Of a stretch of 64,000 bases of DNA, positions 50,496 through 61,300 are shown piece after piece. A program made the position numbers and the translations under genes. The notes beneath the pieces were generated by a model. The model was not told where the DNA came from, did no database searches, and worked only from the letters and a program-made list of their open reading frames with translations. Source of the stretch: Podarcis vaucheri (taxonomy: Eukaryota); assembly GCA_965113315.1 (NCBI GenBank), contig OZ220368.1; one strand, written 5' to 3'. How positions within the stretch are numbered: the stretch's first letter is position 1; the number at the start of each line of letters is the position of its first letter.

Positions 50496-52294
50496 TCACT
50501 TTTTAAGATTTGGCCATCAGCTTCTACCCCTCTTGGGCTTTGCTCCCCACTTTTCTTCCACCTCCGCCCTGGAGATAATCTCTTCTACAGCATTTTCAAG
50601 CATTTCCTCCTCCAAATTGATTGAGGTCTCTAGGATCATATGCTAAAAGCTTAGCTCTGTTCAAAGTGCTATAAAATTACCGCAGCAGTAGCAGCAAATG
50701 ACAACAAAGTGCCTTCCTGTTCTATCTGCTTCACCCTTGGCCCACATCATCCCTCACAGACTCCACCTCCACAATTCCCTGTTTCTGTCTCCATCGACTG
50801 GCACGCACTGCCCAAATTTTCTGTTCAATTCACCTTTCACAAGGTTTATCAAAAGTGGCCATGCATTCCCTTGTTACTTTTACACATGACTATGCCAGCC
50901 CTAAGAGCTTGATTCTTATTAAGAAATCTAAAAGGGTGGGATTTATGTTCTCAATTTTAACTTTAATAATAAAAAACTGGTCAAAAGCCATTTCAGTCGT
51001 TTGTTAAAGCTGCTCAAAACTGTGTCTGCCAGACAGACCCCTTAAAACGACTGCTTCCCTCTTTCTCCCATAATAGTTCCCATTTTCAAAGTTAAATCAC
51101 GGGGGTATAGTATCATCCCAATGACAGAAGGGACAGTAAAAAGTGGATGATTCCCTCCCTCCCAAGGAGTGCTTCAGAAATGTAAAGTAACTGAAGATAA
51201 GTACCTTTTCACTGCTGGCCAGGGCTTTGATTTTGGAAATGCAGCATTTTGCTGCTTCTGTGCCCAGGATCAGAAGCCTAGAGCTTTCTATTTTCTCTGC
51301 TCTGACTCAGTGGCTTCCTTTATTTAAACCATGTCAGACTTCAGTTCAACAAATCTAAGATCTCTAGGCACAGGCTACGTGACATACAAGAAATGGAGCA
51401 ACCTCATTACACTTGGGTCTGAAGCAACCTGCAACCATCGATAGAAAACCTTTATGTGTTTTTAAGTGCATCAGAACTGAACTTTCTCTGGCTGGGATAG
51501 TCAAAGTAGTTACAATTTATTTCCTCATTATCAGATGTAATTGCTCTATTAATATGGAAATAAGGCTGTCCTCTATAGATTCATCAGGGTGTTTAATGCA
51601 GTAAAAGTAGGAGAATTGTTTAGGTTAAAGCAGAACAAATGAACATGTTATTCATTATTATATCTAGGGTAAAGATCAAAAGAAGATTTCTGTCTGCAAG
51701 GGTGAAATTCTGGAAAAAGGGTTCTTTCATCAGCCATGGAAACAAAGGCTCCCATTTGTTTTAAATATGGATGGTATAAGTGCAGAAAAAAACATTTAAA
51801 GATGGGGTAGGGTTTTATTTTGCTTCATTTACAGTTGGGAGGGGTAATTGTTGTCCTAAGATTCTGAGTTGTTTCTTGTGTCCTCTGAGGACTGCCTTAT
51901 ATGTTACTTTTTCTTACACTGAGGCTCAAACTAGTTTTTGAATAACACATGCAATCTGTAATGCATAAAAGGCAGCACACGTGGTTCTTCCAGCACTAAA
52001 CTCTCGACTTCTCTCATGAGCATCACAGAGCCATTCTGAGAACTTTCCATGTGTAGACTATGAACAGTTCAGTGAGTGTGAATTTCCTGGTGAATATTAT
52101 TCATGTCTGCTCTAATGAATAGCCATTTTCCCTGTTGAAAAATCAGATCTCAAAACAAATGCCTGGTTATGAAAAACTTTTTGTCTTGAAGACGAAATGT
52201 TATTCAATATTAATGGGTGGAGGATTTGATCCTATATAAATCCGTATACAGGATGATAGATATTACATGGTCACCTTGGAATATAGTCCATGGT

Positions 52295-52435
52295 GACACC
52301 CACACCATACATTTAAAGCACTCTCTTACCACTTTAACAGTCATGCCCCTTCCCCCAGAATCCTGTGAACTGTAGTTTGTTAAAGGCGCTGAGAGTTGTT
52401 AGAAGACCCTCCACAGGGCTATAATTCCCAGCACC
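52295..52435. mobile_element. Fragment of palindromic squamate MITE
   Basis: CACACCATACATTTAAAGCAC..ACCACTTTAACAGTCATG..CCCCAGAATCCTG..AACTGTAGTTTG; matches 26925-27143. Confidence 0.7.
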
Positions 52436-52681
52436 TCCTGTTCCATCTGGAGATTTCTCTCTCTGGATAGGATTAACACAACTCCACAAAGCTCTCATAC
52501 AAAGATTTATTGAAGAAAATCAAGGCACTTGTAGAAATATTACTCACTTTCCAATAGGCTGTTCTATGACTCTGAATGAAGATTGTTAGAAGCTTTTTAT
52601 GAAGTTCTCTGTGGAGCTCTGTAAGGACAAAGTGAATTCGCCCTTCTTTTTGGGTTTGCCATAACTAGACTGCCACTAGAT

Positions 52682-53360
52682 CAGTGTTTTTCAACCTTTT
52701 TTGGGCAAAGGCACACCTGTTTCATGAAAAAAATCATGAGGCACACCACCATTAGAAAATGTTAAAAAATTTAACTCTGTGCCTATATTGACTATATATA
52801 AACTTACCAGGCTGCTGCTGCTGCTGCACAGGGCTGGACTCACTTGTCTCTCTTCCGAGACCCGACCATGACCGACTGGTTCCAGATGATCTCCTCACCT
52901 CACACTGCACCTGCGGCCTGGTCTAGATCCGGATGCGGTCTCTCTGCAGTGCCGACTCCCGCCGAGTCCTGGTCTCCGTCCGTCTCCTCCTGCTCCGGTC
53001 CTCCTGGTGACTCGAGTCGCGACGTCTTCTTCTCTCCGCTGCTGCGCACACTGTGCTTGGGCGGGAAGGAAGTCGGAAGATGATGTCCTACTGTGATAGG
53101 TCCAGGCTGGAGTCTGGACCAATCACAGCCCGGACATCAGAAAAGTGAAGGGTGTCCCCCTGAGGAGCGCCAATCGGCGCCCCTGCTGGCCGAGGGTGGG
53201 GTCAACCCCCCCATACCCAGGACACAGTCTGGCACCTGCCTAGTGGGCGAAAATTTGACTTTTTTTTTAATCTATCAAATTTTTCAATTTTTCCCACGGC
53301 ACACCAGGCAACATCTCGCGGCACACTAGTGTGCCGCAGAACAGTGGTTGAAAAACACTG
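52682..53360. mobile_element. Young non-autonomous hAT (Charlie-like) element, 679 bp
   Basis: Perfect 15-bp TIR CAGTGTTTTTCAACC / GGTTGAAAAACACTG; perfect 8-bp TSD CACTAGAT (52674-52681, 53361-53368); GGCACAC subterminal repeats; CpG-rich interior. Confidence 0.96.
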
Positions 53361-53786
53361 CACTAGATTGCAAAGGAGGAAGGGGGGTTTCTTTCCGCTC
53401 TGGCCAGAGCCAATAGAAGGGAGGTCTTTTCTTGCTATCTGACAGAACCAATAAAAAGTAGAATCTTGTGCCTACATTTCCCAGTCTGCCTTGGGGTCTA
53501 AAAAGGAGGAAAGACACTATCTTTTCTTAAAGTAGCAGCAAGAGGCAGCATTGTGATTCCTTCTACCTAATACTAATACACAGATTTGCTTTCACTAAAT
53601 AACTGAATCCTGTGCAGGCAGAACAACCCCAACAGATTTTATTTCCCAGAATTCTTTGGGGGCAGCTGTGAATGTTAAAGTGATATAGGAGTATTTCAAA
53701 TGTATGGTGCAGATGTGATCCACATGGTAGATCCTCCAGTACTTATAGCACCACTACAAGAAATGTAACATGTATTACCGGAATAT

Positions 53787-54050
53787 AGGAGTGCTGCCAT
53801 TAGGCAGTGTGAGGTGCCCACCTTGAACAGCAGTTGCTTGGGAACAGGAAGTGGCAGTGAGGTGCTGATGAACATAGCTGGGTGTGCCACACAGTCTGTC
53901 CTGCAGCCCTTAAGCTAGTTGACTACTGTTACCTGCAGTGTGGAACATTGTCCCATCACTGGCGTTGACATAGGATTGGCTTCTTTGTGGAATAGAGCAG
54001 GGAAGCCATCCTCTTCTTTGCCTCAGGCAGCAAAATGCCCTGGTTCACTT
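53787..54050. mobile_element. Degenerate hAT-like element (same end family as 45887-46173)
   Basis: GCCATTAGGCAGTGTGAGG.. left end and TTTGCCTCAGGCAGCAAAATGCCCTGG right end. Confidence 0.55.
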
Positions 54051-55303
54051 TTTGTGTGTTAGATGTACAATATCATTTGCAAAAGCAGAATCTCCCTTAG
54101 AAAGTATGACATCTACCTAATGGTAGTGTTGCTATAGACTAGGCTTTGGTTTACATCAAAAGGGCCTTCCCTTTAGTATTGGTTTCATTAACCAGAGATC
54201 CAGAAAGTTGTACTGCAGAAGATGGATACAAAATTGTACAGGAGAGAGAGAGAGAGAGAGCCACAAGGAAATGGCTCATTTTGATTGGATCACCTATTGT
54301 AGCCTGGCAAGTCTTCTGGTCCGCATTTGGGATGGGGGATGGACACAGTCCTGTGTGGCAGGACAACTGAAACAGCACCCTTTGCCCCATCTATATTTGG
54401 GGAACTGCTTCTGTGCTGACAGCACTTTTAAGCAAGCAGCCACTGCTTACATTTGCACACATACTGAAGATGTTATATAGGCTCACTCCTGGTTTCACAA
54501 CAGCAGCTCATACTATTAGCGCATTAACATAACACCAAAGCTGTGAGGCTGGGTGATGAGGACGACAGAAGTATCAGCTTCACACTACAGCCTTGTTCCT
54601 CTGCTTCTTCAACTCTCTGTGACTCACATTTGAGTCCTGAAGTCAGACACATAGCTCTCGGCTGTCACTTTGCACCTATGAACAATCTCTGTGTATAATA
54701 ATTTGTAAAATGCTTTGGGATTAGGCTGGATCGAATGTGTAATATAAACATCAACTAGAGTTTTTGCCTTTGGGACAGCAAAGGAATCTAAAAACAGAAA
54801 CCTGAGGCCAATAAATTAAAAACCGAGTCAAGAACCTGAGCCTGTATTTAGATACCCAGTGGTAATCTGAGAAGTGTTACATTGTGGGCTGGAGCAAAGA
54901 ACTTCCAAATTTGTCCTTCTCCATCCTGCTGTACAGACAGGTTTTTAATTTGCTAATAAGGGTGATTTTCACCCCCCTCAGCAGCCATAATGCTTGCATG
55001 AGTTATCATACAGTGTCCCCAAGGAGGACTGGGAGCATTTGCTCTCTTTAGAACACTGTACAAAACAGAGTGGGGGGGGGGAGAAGTTCCTGTGTGATAA
55101 AAGGGTAGCTGGAAGAGCAAGGAAATCTATGTATGTGAATAATCAAGGGTAAACAAACCTTTTTGTCATGGTCACCACCTCAAATGCCTACAAAGCTGTA
55201 TCACCTTGGTGCTGATATTTTCGGGGGGGGGGGGGGAATTGTTCCAATTCAGTAAGGCTGCTCTTACATCCATCATTCTCACTTGTTAGCCAAACCTGGT
55301 TTG

Positions 55304-55350
55304 GTGTGTGTGTGTGTGTGCGTGTGTGTGTGTGCGTGCGTGTGTGCGCA
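55304..55350. repeat. (TG/CG)n alternating purine-pyrimidine tract
   Basis: Direct reading. Confidence 0.95.
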
Positions 55351-55953
55351 CTGTGAGCCCATAGTTTGCTTACAGGCAACACTGATTTCTTTCTGCCCAT
55401 CCAACCATCATTTTGGCATTCCCCACCATGTTCTCAGCTGCTGTCCCCTTATGACAGCCATGGGGAATTGGATCTGACTGGTGGGCTAGTTCCTGGGATC
55501 TCCCATTCATTGCTGGCCTTTCTGATGGATGGGCGGGGCATTTCCCTAAGGCTTATGGTCTGAACCTTCCTAAATCCGAAGCTCTGCTTTCACCAACTCT
55601 GCTAGTCTCTCACTTCCCCAGCTTCCTCAAAGTTATCAATTCCTGATTCCCATTCCCTCCATTTTCCTATCCTCCTTTTACCTTGCTTGTTGCGTCCCCT
55701 CTTCTTTCCTCCTTTAGAACAAGGTCTTTCATTCACCATGCAGCTTTAGCCAGTCTGGCTGCCCTGCCTTTGTAGTTTTCCCTCTAGGCTTCTCTCATCA
55801 CCATCTAGACAATTAGCAAGGGGATTTGCTTTATGGGATACAAAGAGAGGCAAACCTCACCTCACAATCCTCACAATCGTCAGTCATATATTCACTTATT
55901 TACTCACTCACTCAGAGTAACCATGTTTCCTACTTTACAGTGGTCCTGTTTCC

Positions 55954-55954
<1 letters not shown>

Positions 55955-55984
<30 letters not shown>
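55955..55984. repeat. (TCA)10 microsatellite
   Basis: Direct reading. Confidence 0.97.
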
Positions 55985-56034
55985 CCATCGACTGTTCCTA
56001 TAGAACCCACACTGTGATGCTGTGAAGTGAATTT

Positions 56035-56106
56035 TTTTGGTGACCCTCCCAAGCCCGGCCTTAGCTATGGAGGGCAGAGTATAAATAAATAATAATAATA
56101 ATAATA

Positions 56107-56143
<37 letters not shown>
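56035..56143 (+). repeat. L2-type 3' tail with expanded (TAA)n
   Basis: TGGTGACCCTCCCAAG..TGGAGGGCAGAGTATAAAT followed by a long TAA run. Confidence 0.75.
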
Positions 56144-56812
56144 TTGCTAGTTTATATATCCCTCTAGGCCCCCTGCTGTGATTCTGTGATGAAAAAAGGT
56201 ATTTGTGGACCTCCCCCCAACTCTGCAAAATGTTCCATGTCTACTTTTCACTTGAGCCTCTTCAAGCCTGACCATGAGTCAATGTGGCTCTTGGCCTGAA
56301 AGAGGTTAGCCACCCCATGTAAGGTCAGGCACAGTGAGAAGAAATCCCAATGGCCTCCTTTGGAGCCCAGCTCTCCTAGATTTATTTTACTATATTTTTT
56401 TGACAGATTGACAGCCAAAGCAATTTTCAACAACAAAAACACACACAATAAAAAGCGTCACGGCCACAATAAAACCACCACAAAACCACCATGAAATACT
56501 CTCACTGTGTAAACACTTGGTTATTGCAGGGCCAAGTGAGCACGTTTATTTCTTTTTGGTTCTCTTTTGTACTGTGTTTCCTAGACAGCTGGTATAAAGG
56601 GCCCTTTAAGAGTCCTACATGCCTCTTTCAGTGCCATCCACACACCAAACGGTTGGCTGCATCGTTTAATTTGAAGTTCATTTCAGTTCAGTGAAGATCA
56701 TTATGGTTTACTGAAATTCGTGGTCAGCAGGTGCAGGTCAGCAAATGGAGAAACAACAACTGGAACCATACCAGTCTGGGGAGGGTGGGCAAGCAGTGCT
56801 TTCTGTTAATAT

Positions 56813-56998
56813 AGAAACATATATAGGAAGCTGCTCAGTATGCTAGGTCAGATCCTTGGTTCATCTAACTCAGTATTTTCTGCATGGACTGGCTGTGGCT
56901 GCCCAGGATTTCAGAGAAGGTCCTAGATGAGGTCTCTGGGAATTGATCTCAAGGCTGCCTGAAGGCAAAATTTGCACTCTGCAACTGATCTGCCACAC
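56813..56998 (-). mobile_element. Degenerate Squam3-like SINE
   Basis: ATAGGAAGCTGC..GTCAGATCCTTGGTTCATCTAACTCAGTATT..GACTGGCTGTGGCT..GGGAATTGATCTC..CTCTGCAACTGA (recalled consensus). Confidence 0.7.
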
Positions 56999-57281
56999 TT
57001 TGCCTGAGCAAAATTTCCCCTGTCCTTTGACCTACAGTAGCAGCAGCACATCTAAGCATAGGAGAATTAAGGAACATTACAATTATCAGTGCTGTTTATG
57101 GGACTACAAATGAGACATTTCACTATGAAGGCATAGACAACTTAAATCAAAAGGATAACCATGGGGGTGGAGACAGTAAGCAGTATAAAAAATTAGGGCT
57201 TGAGGGTTTTTTTGGGGGGGGGGCTGGGTGCAAAATCAGCACAAATAATGTTAACTATCTTATAAAATAAATTGATGAAAA

Positions 57282-57444
57282 CAGTGCTTTTTTTTCTTAA
57301 AAAATCTTTAGGGGTACTCTCATTTTGACTCAAGAAAATCACCATTTTATCGTTCAAATCGGGAAAAATAAATACAGTAAATGGACAAAAGTACAAAGAT
57401 TCACAGAATGTTTAGGGGTATGCGTCCCCCAGAAAAAAGCACTG
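57282..57444. mobile_element. hAT MITE, 163 bp
   Basis: TIR CAGTGCTTTTTT / AAAAAAGCACTG; 8-bp TSD GATGAAAA / GATGCAAA; TTTAGGGGTA repeated near both ends. Confidence 0.9.
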
Positions 57445-60400
57445 GATGCAAAAGCAAATGCCAAACACACCAGGATATCTGGTTGAGAGACAATGGGTTC
57501 TATTGTCATTATGGACCCAATAACAACGAAGGGTATTTTGGGTCCTAGTCCTACAATAATATAGTCCTACAGCTTCTGTTGTCCAATGAAATTGTTGGAG
57601 TTTATTGATTTTCACTGGTTGTAACTGGAAGGCTGTTTGGTGGGCAGCATCTCAACTCCAGATTCAATTTAGAGACTGAGCTTAACATGAATAACCCACT
57701 GGGTTCGCAACTATAAAGGGACTCAAATATTTACAACAGATAGGGACCCAGAAGTTTAAAGGATGCTTCAAAAGATGGAAATGCATTTTATGTTGTTTGA
57801 GATAGAGCCATCTCTGAATTGCACTTCAAAAAAATTGCACGCATCTTTAAGGAGCATTTGCAAGGGCATAGATAATTATGTGCAGTGTTTAAATGTAGAC
57901 AGTGCATGCACAACTAGTAAACTTTCATCATCTTGAATAATTTAAGACAATATGTGCATTATTATCTCATTGCAAGTTAAAGAGAAAATTTGAGAAATGA
58001 GTAGATCCCTGCTTGGGGCTGATGACTATGTAATGCTCTGAATGATTAGAGGTGTTCTTTGGGGAATCCGTGAAGAGTTATTCTTGTATATTTATCAGAA
58101 ACTGGGGTTATTAAAGATGCTGCTTTCTCTCTATATAAAGCTGCAGAAAAACAGGAGCCCCGGAAAACGAATGCAGGAGTATTTGCTAATGTTTCAGAAA
58201 ATGGAATTATTAACCATGACACACTGACACACAGAGGCTGCTGGATGTTGCCAACTGTTCAGTCCACCTTGAAATTATGTTTATTTGCCTAAGTTGTTTT
58301 TTGGTTTCATATTCTTTGGAAGAGGGAATTTCTCTATGCTTGAACCCAAAATTACTTAGGCTGTGTCCTTTTTACTGCTGTTTGTGATACCGCGGCAGCG
58401 GCAACAGCAGCACACACAGTTGCTAGCTAGGTAGCTTATTATTGTGGTCACACTCCAGCACACAGCTTACTTGTTGGAACTTTCCAGAAATATTGCACTG
58501 CAGTCATTTTCCTCGCCGTTATGCTAATGGAATCAGGAAAATCAATTGTCCTTAAGGAACAGGGGAATGAGATGTGCTGTAAATGCCACAGGATGAGTGA
58601 TTGGTTGATTGCAGGGATGGTGATTCAAACGCGTCTCATCTCTACATTATCCTGATGAATTTTTATGGCCCTGCCTTTTCTCTCTCTTCTTCTTCTATAG
58701 CTGTGGAGGAAGGTTTATGGCTTGCAGCTTTTTAGTTGATTGAATGCAGCTGGCATTGTTGCAGTGCAGAACAAATAGGTGCTTTTTCTTTATGGCCTTA
58801 AAAAAATAGATGGAAGTAATTGCACACCAACATTTCTGCAACAAAAGCATTATTTTTTCTTTTTAAAAAATTTGCAGATATTTTATGAAATTATATGGGT
58901 TCTCTTTGCTGCTAGGAAAAGAAAACATAGCAGAAGAAAAGGTAAAAATTCTAAAGGAACATGACACCATTATATCTGGGAAAGATAGCTGATGTTCTTT
59001 AATTAATTAATTTTCATGTGTTGTTTTCTACTAACAAAGAAAGGATCTCCAAACTTATCATGTGTGGGTTTGCCCTTAGTATTTTTCTGCAACCATTTCA
59101 GTCATTATAAGCAAGGTAGTAAAGATATGTGATTCAACTCAAATCATAATAACCCATTTTGCATACTGTACCTGGTATTATAGGGTGAAATTAAATAATA
59201 CAGGTGATTGACTTTATGAGGGCTGCTGACAGCTTAAGCAGGGCATCCAGGCTCCTTCTATTTGGGTCAAATTAAATTGCTGATAATTTATTGTTCTATT
59301 AATTTCTTTGTACACCACAGGTGATGCTTGGGCTGCACATAAGAAATCTCTGTTTTTAGGAAGAAGTTCTTATGTAAGAGGTCTTCTTTTCTGCTTCACA
59401 TAGCATTCCTATCTGTAATAGCCTTTTCTTTCTTTTTTTGAGGTGGCAGTATTTTCTGACCCAATTTCCAGCTGTGATGTGTTCATAGCTTTGGACTTCC
59501 TGTGGCAATATTTTGTCCTCATCTGAATTTATTATTATTATTTATTAAATTTAAATACTGCCATTCATCTGAGGATCACAGTAGAAAAACACAAAAATAC
59601 ACAACGGAATAACAAACAAAACATTAACAATACTTCAGCATTATTGAAGTGAGAATCCAGAGGCTGGCACGTTCCAGGATTGCCTCTCATACACACATGT
59701 ACTGGATTCTAGGGCTTCTGATGGACCAAACTGCTAAGAAAGGTACTTACTACTATGTGGGCTAATATTATCAGTGATTATTTCTCATACTGAGGGGCAC
59801 AATGTGTTTTCTGTGATCCATGAGCATAGATGCTTGCTTCCTCCCAGATTTAGAGGCATGAAAATCTCATGGCTGTACCCTACTATAAAGTGAGTGAGCT
59901 TCCTGAGAATAAGGAATTATGTGGGCACTGTACATCTTCTTTTTGTCAGTTGTTCAATAACAAGCAGAGGGGGTTTGTTTCCAATGGGCCCATCCTGCAT
60001 ATAAATCTTTCTCCCATGCGCCATTAATACATCCATAGCTTTGTGTGAGATAATTCTGGTTTGTGAGAGAGAAACCATTTACTTCTATAACAGTCACATC
60101 ATGAATGATGATTGCAATGAGCATGGCACTCGGATTTCTGATCGAACCTGCAAATAACACAGTATTTATGTTTAGGTTGGAACTCTTTTTGGTCAACATT
60201 CATTCATTTATTTCAAATTATTTCTATCTTTTCACCTAAGTAAAATCTCTCTCTTTCTTTCTCTCTACACTCCCCCCCCCCCATATAGCAAATATAAATA
60301 CAGCAGCTCTAAAACTATTTACCTATGAAAAAGGTAGAAATCATTTTTATAATTCCTACCAGAACTAAAAGTAAAGAAATAACTAGGCGAGAGCTGTTGC

Positions 60401-60859
60401 AAGGAAGGCAAAGGATCATGGGAAGAAACCACTTAGGCCTTCTCCAGTCATATTAATCTCCTGCACACCTCTCATTAATTTGGATGAGGCTTGTGTAGGA
60501 GACATCTTTGGTGGAATGCTTCTGATATATTGAGTTCCAGTCTTTATTTCAACAAAATTCTACTATCATAAAACACGGGGAAGGGGGGGGGGAGAAACAC
60601 TGCAATAGCTGTCCTAATTATCTACTCTCTAAATCAGTGGTGGCACCATCGACTTAATTTCTTCCTGGTGGTGGGTGAGGGAGACAGAGAGAGACACAGA
60701 CAGAGGTGTGGCCCACAAACTTTTGGTTCTGACTCCACCCAATTTAGCCCAAGCCCACCCACCTTTGGGTCTAGCAGATTCACCCTAGGGAGTGTGCCCC
60801 TTGACAGAAAAAAAAGTTGCCTGCCCCTGTTCTAAATGGTCCCAAAGCCAAATAGATTT

Positions 60860-60950
60860 GCACCATGATCCCAATTATGTTTACCCAGAAACAAGTCCCA
60901 ATAAATTCAGTAAGACTTCCTTCCAAGTAAGTATACAGGATTGCATCCTT
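60860..60950. mobile_element. ~90-bp palindromic repeat (same family as 18476-18770)
   Basis: GATCCC..TTTACCCAGAAACAAGTCCCAAT..GACTTCCTTCCAAGTAAGTATACAGGATTGCA. Confidence 0.65.
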
Positions 60951-61066
60951 AAACTTGTAGAAGCATGCAAACAAAAAGGTGTTAGGAGGCCCCCTCTTGC
61001 TTTGTCAACTGTTTCTCAATGACTTGTAGGGTTAGTAATTCACTACTTTTATAAATTAATGGTGAT

Positions 61067-61300
61067 ATAAGAATGTAAGTACTGCCTTGCTGGTCCATCT
61101 AGTTCAGCATATGGTTGCCAACAGCAACCAGAGAGATATTTCTGGAAGCTTAATTTCATAAGCAGATCATGAAGGCAACAGCCACACCGTATTCCTGGTT
61201 CCTAGTATCTGGTAACTCCAAAGGCTACAACATCCAAGTCTTGAGTTTTCATTTACCTATTGATAGGCCTATGCTCTATGAATTTGCCACCATTTGCGGC
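61067..61300 (-). mobile_element. Degenerate CR1 family B fragment
   Basis: ATAAGAATGTAAG..GCTGGTCCATCTAGTTCAGCAT..TATTGATAGGCCTATGCTCTATGAATTTG. Confidence 0.65.

Noticed and set aside
52800-53260. Host-gene CpG-island promoter or coding exon
   Set aside because: Lies entirely inside a hAT element with perfect TIRs and TSD
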